Source: a virus (Duplodnaviria; Caudoviricetes). Taken from it: 38,445 nt of DNA. The DNA is taken from positions 1 to 38,445 of the IMG/VR virus record IMGVR_UViG_3300029258_000472, one strand, 5' to 3'. The translations under genes and the position numbers were made by a program. Shown one piece after another: positions 1-8,721 of this stretch (position 1 is the first letter of the stretch; each line of letters starts with the position of its first letter). The notes under the pieces were generated by a model. It worked only from the letters and a program-made list of their open reading frames with translations. It did not search any database and was not told the origin of the DNA.

Positions 1-52
1 GTTCCAATTGCCCGCCGCGTTTTGGCGCAAAAGGACCCGCAAGTTGTTGATT
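1..52 (-). promoter_or_regulatory. cos site, cosN/cosQ side, with an IHF box
   Basis: GTTCCAATTGCC at 1-12 equals 38434-38445. AGGACCC at 32-38 is the lambda cosQ heptamer GGGTCCT on the minus strand. 40-52 on the minus strand reads AATCAACAACTTG, matching IHF consensus WATCAANNNNTTR. Confidence 0.75.
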
Positions 53-312
53 GCAAAAGATTTTTTTGACAAGCCAAAAAACGCAAACGAAGGGGTAACG
101 GTTTTGCGCCGGCCAGCCATCCGCGTGGCGCTCGCGGATCGCCTCGACCAGCGTGCGCTTTCGCGCCCCTGTCGCCCGCTGACAGTCCGCGTGCGCCGCG
201 ATCTCGGAAAATCCGTGCCATCGTGCAGCCCGCAAGCGCATCGCCTCACAGGCGCTTACAGCGGCTCTCACGCCTTACTCGCTGTCATCGCCCACATCGC
301 CGCGACGGTTGG

Positions 313-1080
313 TCACGCCTTGCTCGCTTTCAGCTTGCGAGCCAGGATGTCCAGCGACTTGTCCACCTCGCCCGGCAGCACTTTGTCAAACGTTTTTTCT
401 GAAAGTTCGTGAAAGCGAAAACGCTTGGCGTAACGCGGTTGCGTCTTGACGACCACCATCACCAGCGCAGCCGGTTTCTGACTCACGAATCGATTCACCA
501 ACCAGATGCCGCGTGTGACCTTGCCGCTCGCGTCTTTGACCTCGCCCCACATGTACTTGACCTTTGGTGCTTTGGTTGTGGAGTCAAAGCCCGCCACGCC
601 AGCGAATGCCCCAATATCGTTTAGCATCTTGCTGGCTTGACTTCCCGGAATGTTGCCGTTTTTATCAAGTTTTGCCGTTCGACTCGGCACTAAAAATTCC
701 TTGTCACTGATCTTTCCCATGCGACGCAACGCGCTTTCCATGCCCTTGACCGGATCGCGTGTTGCAGGATAACCAGGAATGTGCGGCGACAATGTATTAA
801 AAACCACGTTGACGCTTGTACTTCCATAAACGTCTTTCAATCTTACTTTGGCCTGTATCGGAGTTTTGTTGATGTCCGCACGCTCGACAAAAAAGGGCTT
901 CTGGATAAGCCTTGTAGGATTATGAAAAACTTTCTTGATCTCTTTTTCCTGCCGCGCCATCACCAGCCGAGCAGAGTCGTTCATAGAATTGCGAATCGCC
1001 TTTTTAAGCTCGACCGGCAAACCATCCAGCATGGCCTTGACCGAGTTTTCGCCAGTGATGTCAAAGTCAACTTGCGCCAT
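313..1080 (-). CDS. Putative neck/tail-completion protein (lambda gpZ / HK97 gp10-like)
   Basis: Basic 255-aa ORF. N-terminal 'AIRNSMNDSARLV...KKVFHNPTRLIQKPF' and C-terminal 'QPRYAKRFRFHE' resemble this family from memory. Confidence 0.45.
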   Translation of the reverse strand: MAQVDFDITGENSVKAMLDGLPVELKKAIRNSMNDSARLVMARQEKEIKKVFHNPTRLIQKPFFVERADINKTPIQAKVRLKDVYGSTSVNVVFNTLSPHIPGYPATRDPVKGMESALRRMGKISDKEFLVPSRTAKLDKNGNIPGSQASKMLNDIGAFAGVAGFDSTTKAPKVKYMWGEVKDASGKVTRGIWLVNRFVSQKPAALVMVVVKTQPRYAKRFRFHELSEKTFDKVLPGEVDKSLDILARKLKASKA

Positions 1081-1102
1081 GCGTCTTTACTCTATCAATC
1101 AT

Positions 1103-1210
1103 AGGGGGTGGGGGTGTTTATAAAAATCCCGGCTTGATGATTTTTTGCGCCAGCATGAGTGTTGTGTGTCGCGTCGCTCGCTTGGTCACCGACAGGGGGT
1201 GGGGGTGTTT
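1103..1210. repeat. Direct repeat AGGGGGTGGGGGTGTTT (x2) upstream of the 313-1080 gene
   Basis: Exact 17-mers at 1103-1119 and 1194-1210, each followed by an A-tract plus TC. Confidence 0.85.
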
Positions 1211-1246
1211 TGAAAAAATCGGGTTGGGGCATTTTCGGCAGCGTGG

Positions 1247-1561
1247 TCATGGGCTGAGTATACACCGTGTAAGATCATCGACAAACGCATCCACAGCGGC
1301 GGCACTGTCCAGCACAGATACGACACCGCCGGCTGCGCGGATGCGGCGGTGCATGTGTGCCTGAATTGGCCGCACTCTACCGCCAGGACGTTTTAGTTCC
1401 ACGAACACCACACGACCGCCCAAGATCACGATGCGATCAGGCACACCGGCTGTGGCGGACGCTGGCCATTTCAGCGCGAGGCCGCCGGCGGCTTCAATGC
1501 GGCGTGTTAGGCGCAACTCAATCGCGTTTTCTGTTTGTTGGGTTTTCGTTTTCTTTTTCAA
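1247..1561 (-). CDS. VRR-NUC domain nuclease
   Basis: 'ENAIE...GGLALKW...GVPDRIVILGGRVVFVELKRPGG...Q' is a VRR-NUC PD-(D/E)XK signature. The start is uncertain; TTG at 1561 was chosen because the upstream codons lie in the iterons. Confidence 0.85.
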   Translation of the reverse strand: MKKKTKTQQTENAIELRLTRRIEAAGGLALKWPASATAGVPDRIVILGGRVVFVELKRPGGRVRPIQAHMHRRIRAAGGVVSVLDSAAAVDAFVDDLTRCILSP

Positions 1562-1563
1562 GT

Positions 1564-1809
1564 GTGCCCCATGTGCCCCATCGGTTATACGTATGGGGCA
1601 CAAAAAAAATCGTTAAAAAACAATGCTTTGTCCCCATGTGCCCCATGTGCCCCATACTTTTACAAAAGTTTATGTCAGTGAGTAATGGCATGGTGAAAGG
1701 TAGGATGCACATATTTAACCAGTAGAGAAGTTATGGGTCTCATGGGGCACATGGGGCACAAAGGGGCACACGGTCTGATTTTGTGCCCCATGTGCCCCAT
1801 GTGCCCCAT
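1564..1809. repeat. Iteron-like 9-mer GTGCCCCAT cluster, probable replication origin
   Basis: Seven direct copies (1564, 1573, 1638, 1647, 1783, 1792, 1801), three inverted copies (1593, 1742, 1751) and three variants, with AT-rich spacers, directly downstream of the primase-helicase. Confidence 0.8.
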
Positions 1810-1849
1810 CAAAACGGCAAAACCTGATTAACCCGTTTTCAGTGTGGGT

Positions 1850-4009
1850 TTAGGAATCTGGGCCTTTCGCCCAGACCTTGACTTGCTGCCCGTTCTCTCT
1901 GATGCGCACGCGCTGATAACCAAGCTGGCGCAAAATGCTTCCAAATCGCCGGCTCAGCGCGACCGTCTGACGCTCCGGTGCGATCTCCAACGCCTCAAGC
2001 AGTCCACCGATGGTGATGTGCGTCACGCAGCTTTCCGCGTAATTCGCGACGATGGGCAGCATCGGGTCTTCGACCTCGTACTGTTCGTTGACCTCTGGCG
2101 ACAGTTCCGCCAGGGCCTGCCACGCCACGCCGGATTTTCGCCATTGGGCGATACCCTGCGCCCAAAGCTGATCGCGGTTGTCCATGAACCATTGCACGTC
2201 AATGGGCGCCTGCGGCGTCAGGACGGCATAGCGACGGCTGCCGGTCGGATCATCCAGAAAGCTCAGCTCATTGTTGGTGGCATAAAGTAAACAGCGCCGA
2301 GGGTAGAACATGCGCGTTTCCATGTACTTTGGCACATAGCTTTCTGTCCGCCGAGTGAGTGCCGTCTTCACTTCCGCGCTCTCACGTTTACCGAATCCGC
2401 GCATCTCATCAAGATTTCCAACCAGCAAATGCCTCAACGCCCGCGCCGACTTATCTTCCTGTAGCAGATCGGAAATGTTGATGTCGTTGGCTGTCGGAAA
2501 TCCGCAAATGTCAGGTGCAATGGCATGTACATAACTGGTCTTCAAATAGCCTTGCGGACCTGCGAGGACAAAGATACTGTCGGCTTGCGTCCCAGGCTGC
2601 ATCAAGCGGCCCGCGTGTCCTGTCCATTGATAATCGACAACAGCCCGGGAGTGAGGCGTGTCTTCAACGTGCATGCGCTTACACGCCTCGCCGAATCGGT
2701 CTACATCATCCCACACCAATGAGTTGCCCCAATCAATTGCGATGTCTGTGCGCCGCGCTCGGGCAACAGCGTGGATCACGTCGCGCATGTCGGATTTACT
2801 AACCGGCTCCCATCCACGCCGGTCAAACCATGCCCGCATCTGCGTGATGTGTTCGTCCTGATAGCGCACTGGCGGCGCACCGTCGATGGAGATCAGAACA
2901 TCCTGCATGAAGTCGTCAAAGGCGACAGAAAACGGGAATTCAGGATCTTTGCCTACGCATATAGTGAGCTGGTCAATGGTGCTTTCGATCTTGCCCGCAT
3001 GCCGTCCGCGCCCATCGACGCGGCTGTAATCGGCAATGAACCCGTCCATCTTCGGGAACTGCTTTACGTCGGCTTGCGTGTCCGGCACCACCACGCCGGG
3101 ATGCGCCGCTGTAAACGCGTTTATGGCCTTTTGAACATCGCCGTCATGTTCCAGCACCACAAAAGCCGACCACGCATCGAAGGTGCCGCAGAGCGGGTCT
3201 GAGCCGTGGTCAGATCGCCACAAGCCATCCTTTCCCGGTATCGGTCTCACGCCGGGTTCACCCGTAGCTCCAGGCGGTGACCATCGCCCGGAGCTGTGCG
3301 CGTCATAACCGGCGAACATCAGAAAGTCTTCCGGGTCGTGGCGCTCGTTAAACGCCTGCCGGATGCCCGGCGCCGCATATGCGAGGTGTTCGCCGACTGA
3401 CGCCGATAGCACCGGCACCTCGCTCCCTATGCCTGCGCAGAACTTCCTTATCTGGTCGTGCTGAAAGTCGATGTCCTGCGACATCCGCAGCCACCATGCC
3501 GCGAATGCCGGCGGCAGCTCCGGTGCATCCTCATACGTCCGCCCATTGGCGTATCGTTGGGTACAAAGCGTGCCTTCTCGATCCTTGTACACCACGCCCG
3601 GCACAGCATCCTGCAAATTGTCAGACTTTGCTCGAAGTTCCAGCACTAAGCCGTTGTTTTTCGTGCGAAATCTGATCCATTCCAAGCCGTCTGCAACTTG
3701 GAACATCGACCGTCCGCCGCTACCCTCTCGGGTGCTTTCCGTCCTGACGCCTGCAGCCATGATCTCGTCCAGATCAAAGCCGCAGGCCGCAAGCCCACGG
3801 CGAGCAAGCTGCACGTTATCCGGGTCGATGGAGCAGCGACCGTTGATCGCCAGCGGGAAGCCGTACCCGGTCGCGTCATCCATGACTTGCTGAACCTTTC
3901 GGTCATTCCATCGCAAGCCTGCTGGCGCCTTGCTGTGACGCTTGAGCGCCACCAGTGTAAAGCCCGCCGCAACCAGATCACGGGCGGGTTCGAGGTCTGG
4001 GGTAATCAA
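1850..4009 (-). CDS. Bifunctional primase-polymerase fused to a VapE-family P-loop helicase
   Basis: N-terminal Prim-Pol-like segment ('LVAAGFTLVALKRHSKAP...SIDPD'). C-terminal Walker A 'GPQGYLKT', Walker B 'NLDEM', and 'ATNN...FLDDPTGSRRY'. Likely TTG start at 4009 with RBS AAGGAGG and a TTGA overlap with the upstream stop. Confidence 0.85.
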   Translation of the reverse strand: MITPDLEPARDLVAAGFTLVALKRHSKAPAGLRWNDRKVQQVMDDATGYGFPLAINGRCSIDPDNVQLARRGLAACGFDLDEIMAAGVRTESTREGSGGRSMFQVADGLEWIRFRTKNNGLVLELRAKSDNLQDAVPGVVYKDREGTLCTQRYANGRTYEDAPELPPAFAAWWLRMSQDIDFQHDQIRKFCAGIGSEVPVLSASVGEHLAYAAPGIRQAFNERHDPEDFLMFAGYDAHSSGRWSPPGATGEPGVRPIPGKDGLWRSDHGSDPLCGTFDAWSAFVVLEHDGDVQKAINAFTAAHPGVVVPDTQADVKQFPKMDGFIADYSRVDGRGRHAGKIESTIDQLTICVGKDPEFPFSVAFDDFMQDVLISIDGAPPVRYQDEHITQMRAWFDRRGWEPVSKSDMRDVIHAVARARRTDIAIDWGNSLVWDDVDRFGEACKRMHVEDTPHSRAVVDYQWTGHAGRLMQPGTQADSIFVLAGPQGYLKTSYVHAIAPDICGFPTANDINISDLLQEDKSARALRHLLVGNLDEMRGFGKRESAEVKTALTRRTESYVPKYMETRMFYPRRCLLYATNNELSFLDDPTGSRRYAVLTPQAPIDVQWFMDNRDQLWAQGIAQWRKSGVAWQALAELSPEVNEQYEVEDPMLPIVANYAESCVTHITIGGLLEALEIAPERQTVALSRRFGSILRQLGYQRVRIRENGQQVKVWAKGPDS

Positions 4010-4257
4010 TGGTGCCTCCTTATCCTTCGGTGGATCCACATCGCAGCCACGGCACCGATACCGCCGCCAGTCCCGATCCACGCCCAGGATGACCAACCAT
4101 CAACAACGATGGCGCCAATGACGGCGATCTCGCCAGCAGCTATGAGATACGGGGTAAGGGCGGCAGCGACATAGTGCCCATGGATGACGTTCTGCTGCTG
4201 GATCGCCCTGCCGAACACCAGCAGGGCGGTAGCAGCTAAGGCTATTGGGCCGGTCAT
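4006..4257 (-). CDS. Small membrane protein
   Basis: Hydrophobic helices and 'GTGGGIGAVAAM'. ATGA-coupled to the helicase stop. Confidence 0.65.
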   Translation of the reverse strand: MTGPIALAATALLVFGRAIQQQNVIHGHYVAAALTPYLIAAGEIAVIGAIVVDGWSSWAWIGTGGGIGAVAAMWIHRRIRRHH

Positions 4258-5636
4258 GACGCACACATAAACGCTGGAACGCGGACAGGCTGATGCGCGT
4301 TGTATGCGTTGGTCTTGCGTTCCTGGCCGAGTATTTCATGGCGCACTGTAGCCGCTGTTTCACGCGATAGCGTTTCGGCCATCGTCATTGCGTCCCGCTC
4401 TTTTCGTTCCAAGTTTGCTCTGACAGCGCCTTCTTCCTCGCTAGCAAAAAGGTAAGCATAAACTTCGCGGGTCTGTCCAAATCGCCAGCAGCGGCGCACT
4501 GCCTGATAGTACGACTCAAAAGAATCCACAACCCCGACGAAACCGACGCGCCGGCAGTGCTGCCAATTCAACCCAAACCCTGCAATCTTCGGCTTGGTGA
4601 TGAGTACGCGAATGCGCTTGTCAGCAAAATCACGCAGTGCCTGTTCTTTTTTTGTCACATCATCTGATCCGCGAATCTCAACCGCATCAGGAATGGCAGC
4701 GCACAAAGCATCGCCTTCTGCGTTAAGTTCACACCAGATCACCCACGGCTCATTGATTGAATTGGCCAAGTCCGCTGCCGCTTCAACCCGATAGCGCATA
4801 CTGTCGCGTCGCGCTTGCCTCCTTTCGCTTAAGGTTTGTGCTTGGCGAGTGAACAGTTCGCCATCTACAGGCTTGGCGTCTGACCGCACAGTGACTTGCT
4901 CAACGTGCAGTGACGGTAGTTGGTAGGCTGTTGCATCGAAACCCAGATCAGCCGGCGAGCGCACCAGTGCGCCCCAACTGGATACCCATCGCCAGAATTC
5001 GTCGCGTGCATGCCCTTTGAGCCGCCACGTCTGCGTGTCGCCGCCATCGTGAACAAAATACTCGGCGAGCATTTCTGCACGACTGCACACACCGAGAAAT
5101 TCAGCATGAGTGCCAAGCTCAGTCCAGTCGTTAGGCGATGGTGTCGCAGTAGCGCATAGCTTGTATGGCGTATTGCCAAACGTCGCCAGCATTGTTGCCA
5201 GTGTTTTTGCATCGTGGTGTTTGATGATGCTCGACTCATCAAGAACCACGCCGCTAAATCGACTAGCATCAAAACGATGGAGTCTGTCGTAATTGGTGAT
5301 GCTGATGCCCGGCACTACGTCGATGGCGTCGCGAGCATGCACGACACTGATGCCCACATCGCCACCTTCCCTCACCGTTTGCTCGGCAACTGCAAGCGGA
5401 GCCAATATCAGCACATCACCGCCAGTGTGCTTATGCACAAGATCAGCCCATGCCAACTGCATCCGCGTTTTGCCGAGTCCGGTGTCTGCAAAGATAGCCG
5501 CTCGCCCTTTACGCGCAGCCCATGAAACCAGCGCGTGTTGATGGTCAAACAGCGGATATTTCAAGTCGCCTATGTCAAAGCCACTGGATGCCGCCCGGCG
5601 CAATTTGCCATTCAAAAATCCTGCGTAGTCCATCAC
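4254..5636 (-). CDS. SNF2-like (SF2) helicase associated with the MTase
   Basis: Motifs 'ADTGLGKT', 'VVLDESS', 'TATPSPND', 'GFGLNWQ' and 'QAVRRCWRFGQ'. Confidence 0.9.
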   Translation of the reverse strand: MMDYAGFLNGKLRRAASSGFDIGDLKYPLFDHQHALVSWAARKGRAAIFADTGLGKTRMQLAWADLVHKHTGGDVLILAPLAVAEQTVREGGDVGISVVHARDAIDVVPGISITNYDRLHRFDASRFSGVVLDESSIIKHHDAKTLATMLATFGNTPYKLCATATPSPNDWTELGTHAEFLGVCSRAEMLAEYFVHDGGDTQTWRLKGHARDEFWRWVSSWGALVRSPADLGFDATAYQLPSLHVEQVTVRSDAKPVDGELFTRQAQTLSERRQARRDSMRYRVEAAADLANSINEPWVIWCELNAEGDALCAAIPDAVEIRGSDDVTKKEQALRDFADKRIRVLITKPKIAGFGLNWQHCRRVGFVGVVDSFESYYQAVRRCWRFGQTREVYAYLFASEEEGAVRANLERKERDAMTMAETLSRETAATVRHEILGQERKTNAYNAHQPVRVPAFMCAS

Positions 5637-6502
5637 ATAGCCTCCAACAAATCGCCTTGGCGATTGGCGTTTGCCAGATTGGCTACGGATTGGTGGTAAT
5701 AACTGGACTTCAGCTCAATGCCGACAAACCGCCGCCCAAGTTCCTGTGCGACTACGCCTTCACTGCCGATTCCAGCAAAAGGACTCAGCACTATGTCGCC
5801 GGGGTTGGTCCACAGCCGAATACCGCGACGAATGACCTCAAGTTGCAATGGGCATATATGTCGCTCGTCGTCATGCTCGCGGGCACTGCGGTACTGCAAT
5901 GTATCGCTGGGATTGATGTCCATCCATACCGGCGAAGCGATCCGCTGCCATTCTTCGACCGGATAATCCGTATGCGTCACCTTTGACGCCTGTTCTCCAG
6001 GGGTGCGCATTGTCACAAGATAATCCGGGATTCCCTGCCGACTCATGGCCGCATTGCCGCGCACGGTTTTATGCAGCAGTCCTAATGCCTTCGTGCGCTG
6101 CATCGCAGTCACCGGGTCTTTCCATATCACCACCTCGGAATGATGGATGAAACCTTCCGCCTTAAACGCAGAAATCAAATCGCCGCGAAAGTCTTTCAAA
6201 CCGATCACACCATCACGCTCTTTGCTGGTCGGCAGAAGCATGCAATGGAAACTAATATCTCGACCTGGCATCATTACTCGGCGCAGTTCGCGCACCAGAT
6301 ATGCAAAATGCTCAAAGAATTCCGAGTCATCGCGCACATTGCCCATGTCTCGCGGGCTGTTGCTGTAGGTGTATAGCGATGCAAACGGCGGACTAAAAAT
6401 GCTGTATCCAACGCTGGCGTCGGGTAGCCCTTTAAGCACTTCAACGGAATCTCCCTGATACATGCTCCATGTGTTTTCATGGTGTTGTTCTAAGCAGTTC
6501 AC
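5633..6502 (-). CDS. DNA amino-methyltransferase (N4-C/N6-A, beta class)
   Basis: Catalytic 'FSPPF' near the N-terminus, 'HICPL', and SAM motif 'LSPFAGIGS...GIEL' near the C-terminus. Confidence 0.9.
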   Translation of the reverse strand: MNCLEQHHENTWSMYQGDSVEVLKGLPDASVGYSIFSPPFASLYTYSNSPRDMGNVRDDSEFFEHFAYLVRELRRVMMPGRDISFHCMLLPTSKERDGVIGLKDFRGDLISAFKAEGFIHHSEVVIWKDPVTAMQRTKALGLLHKTVRGNAAMSRQGIPDYLVTMRTPGEQASKVTHTDYPVEEWQRIASPVWMDINPSDTLQYRSAREHDDERHICPLQLEVIRRGIRLWTNPGDIVLSPFAGIGSEGVVAQELGRRFVGIELKSSYYHQSVANLANANRQGDLLEAM

Positions 6503-6672
6503 TGTTTCCCCTCCAGATAGTCACTCAACGCCTTTAGCACCGAGTACGTCGGGTTGGTCTGTCGGCCCTGGCGGATAGCCCGCAGGGTATTGGGGTGGAT
6601 ACCAGTGGCTTGGGCCACGATGTCGAGTCGTCGATCCTGAAGTTTTTCAGCGATCTGTTCGAGGGTCATCAT
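6499..6672 (-). CDS. Cro/XRE-like HTH protein, 57 aa (not in ORF track)
   Basis: Hand translation MMTLEQIAEKLQDRRLDIVAQATGIHPNTLRAIRQGRQTNPTYSVLKALSDYLEGKQ. Its stop overlaps the MTase GTG (GTGA). Confidence 0.85.
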   Translation of the reverse strand: MMTLEQIAEKLQDRRLDIVAQATGIHPNTLRAIRQGRQTNPTYSVLKALSDYLEGKQ

Positions 6673-6700
6673 TAAAGTGTCTCCGGTGAACTATTGGGAG

Positions 6701-6735
6701 TTGACATGCTACACCGGAATGTGCCACGATTGCAA
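6701..6735. promoter_or_regulatory. Overlapping divergent sigma70-like promoters
   Basis: Plus strand TTGACA(6701)-N18-CACGAT. Minus strand TTGCAA-N18-TAGCAT. Lies between divergent operons. Confidence 0.5.
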
Positions 6736-6765
6736 CTGCATTCCAACCCCATGACCGAGGTACTC

Positions 6766-7098
6766 ATGCAAGACACGAAGAAGATCACCGCGGCATTGCG
6801 CCTGCTGGCGGATGCTATAGACGATTGGAGCGAGGCGACGATGGAGCGCACCGCGATCCAAGCGGAGCCATCCGCAGCGCCGGAACAAGCTGACCCGCAG
6901 ATTGAAGCGTCTTTTGACGACACTTCGCCCGCCGAGCAAGAAGTGAGCATGGACATGCTGCGCGGCGTGCTGGACCGCCTTGCGAAGGAATATGGGCGGA
7001 AGGACGTTGCAAACGTGTTGGCAGGGCGCAAGCTCGCTGCAACCACGAACGCGGAGCGGCTTCAGATCATGGCTGATCTGGACAAGGCGTTTTCCTGA
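6766..7098 (+). CDS. Hypothetical protein, first gene of the replication operon
   Basis: GAGG RBS before ATG 6766. TGATG overlap with the next gene. Confidence 0.7.
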   Translation: MQDTKKITAALRLLADAIDDWSEATMERTAIQAEPSAAPEQADPQIEASFDDTSPAEQEVSMDMLRGVLDRLAKEYGRKDVANVLAGRKLAATTNAERLQIMADLDKAFS

Positions 7099-8159
7099 TG
7101 GACGCGCACGCCACACTCGGCGCCAGCAACAGCCACACGTGGCTGTACTGCGCCGCAGCACCGCGTTTGTCAGAAGGCATTGATGATCCCGGTAACGATC
7201 ACGCTTTGGCAGGATCGCAGCGGCACCTGACCGCTGAGCAGCACTTGCGCGGTGAAGCGTTGACTCATCCTGATCTGCTGCCGGAGGTTCAGCCGTACAT
7301 CGACCTGATTGGCGAGTTGCGGGCGGGCGCGGAGTTCGTCGGCATTGAGGAACGGGTGCAGTATGACGAATGGGTGCCGGGCGGATTCGGTACAGCGGAT
7401 GCCGTCGTTATCAAGGACGGCACGTTGACCGTCTGCGATCTCAAGACCGGACGTAACCGCGTCGATGCGCCGAACAACTCACAACTGCGCCTGTACGGTC
7501 TGGCGTGCCTTCAGCGTTGGCAGTTCGAGTACGGCATACATCGCATCCGCACGATGATCTGTCAGCCGCCGCTCGATCACATCAGCGAGGAATCCATTAG
7601 CGCCACCGAGTTGCTGACATGGGGTGAATGGGTCAAGCAGCGTGCCATGTTGACGCAAGACCCGGACGCGCCAGCGACACCCGGCCCTGAGCAGTGCCGA
7701 TGGTGCCGTGCTCGGCACACCTGTCGTGACCGGGCGATATGGGCGCTATCAGTGCCGGGTTCCACCGCGCTGACACCATCGGATTACGCCGACATCCTGC
7801 CGCTGCTCGACGGTTTAGGTAGATGGATCAGTGACATGGAGCATCAAGTTCAGCAAATGCTCGAACTCGGCAAAACCGTGCCTGGATATAAGCTGGTCGA
7901 AGGTCGCAGGACACGCAAGCTCAATGCCGACGCGGCAGACACCCTGCGTGACGCAGGACTGACCGACGACCAGATATACCGCCGCGACTATCAAACCTTG
8001 ACGTCCATCGAAAAAGCCCTTGGCGGGAAGAAAGCCGCCGCACCGATTTTGGCTCAGTGTACGAGCCGAAAACCCGGCAATCTGACGATTGCCCCTGAAA
8101 CCGACCCACGGCCCGCAGTTGAGCCACACGTCGAAGATAACTTCCCTGTTGGAGAATGA
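7098..8159 (+). CDS. DUF2800 / Cas4-like PD-(D/E)XK exonuclease
   Basis: 'HATLGASNSHTWLYC', 'GFGTADAV...CDLKTG', 'QLRLYGL' and the Cys cluster 'QCRWCRARHTC'. Confidence 0.88.
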   Translation: MDAHATLGASNSHTWLYCAAAPRLSEGIDDPGNDHALAGSQRHLTAEQHLRGEALTHPDLLPEVQPYIDLIGELRAGAEFVGIEERVQYDEWVPGGFGTADAVVIKDGTLTVCDLKTGRNRVDAPNNSQLRLYGLACLQRWQFEYGIHRIRTMICQPPLDHISEESISATELLTWGEWVKQRAMLTQDPDAPATPGPEQCRWCRARHTCRDRAIWALSVPGSTALTPSDYADILPLLDGLGRWISDMEHQVQQMLELGKTVPGYKLVEGRRTRKLNADAADTLRDAGLTDDQIYRRDYQTLTSIEKALGGKKAAAPILAQCTSRKPGNLTIAPETDPRPAVEPHVEDNFPVGE

Positions 8160-8163
8160 CACA

Positions 8164-8721
8164 ATGCACATGCTCAAAAATGTCCGCCTCTCGTTTCCGT
8201 CGATCTGGAAGCCCACCGCATACGAGGGCGCAGACCCTAAATACAGCGCCGTGTTTTTGATCGAGAAGGACAGCGAGGCACACAAAGCCCTGGTTACGCA
8301 CATGCGCGAGGTCGCAAAGGCGCAATGGGGCGAGAAGGCGAAAAGCATCCTTGAACGTCAGGACATGGACAGCAATCGCCAATTGCTTAAGGACGGTGAC
8401 GGCCCGAAAGGTTTTACCCAGGACGGCGAGCCGAAAGACGGATACGCCGGACACGTTTTCATCAAGGCCAGCAACAAACATGCGCCCAAGATCGTCGGTC
8501 GAGGGCGCCAGCCGCTGACCGAGGATGACGGCATCCCGTATGGCGGTTGTTACGTCAATGCGCAGATCAGCGTATGGGCGCAGGACAACAAGTTCGGCAA
8601 GTTTCTGAACTGCAAGTTGTTGGCGCTGCAATTCTGGGCAGACGGTGACCGGTTCGGCTCGGCGGACGTTGCGGATGTTGACGCCTTCGAGGAAGCGGAA
8701 GAAGTTACCGAGGACTGGTGA
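8164..8721 (+). CDS. DUF2815 / T7 gp2.5-like ssDNA-binding protein
   Basis: 'LKNVRLSFP', 'LKDGD', 'YGGCYVNA', 'QFWADGDRFG' and an acidic tail ending in W. Confidence 0.88.
   Translation: MHMLKNVRLSFPSIWKPTAYEGADPKYSAVFLIEKDSEAHKALVTHMREVAKAQWGEKAKSILERQDMDSNRQLLKDGDGPKGFTQDGEPKDGYAGHVFIKASNKHAPKIVGRGRQPLTEDDGIPYGGCYVNAQISVWAQDNKFGKFLNCKLLALQFWADGDRFGSADVADVDAFEEAEEVTEDW

Noticed and set aside
8-412. 134-aa ORF across the cos-proximal region
   Set aside because: It starts inside cosN, has no RBS, and overlaps the 313-1080 gene. Likely non-coding.
7098-8159. Cas4-like nuclease as part of the RNA-guided locus
   Set aside because: It lies in the ordinary DUF2800-DUF2815-polymerase-helicase replication module, 4 kb away and under another promoter.
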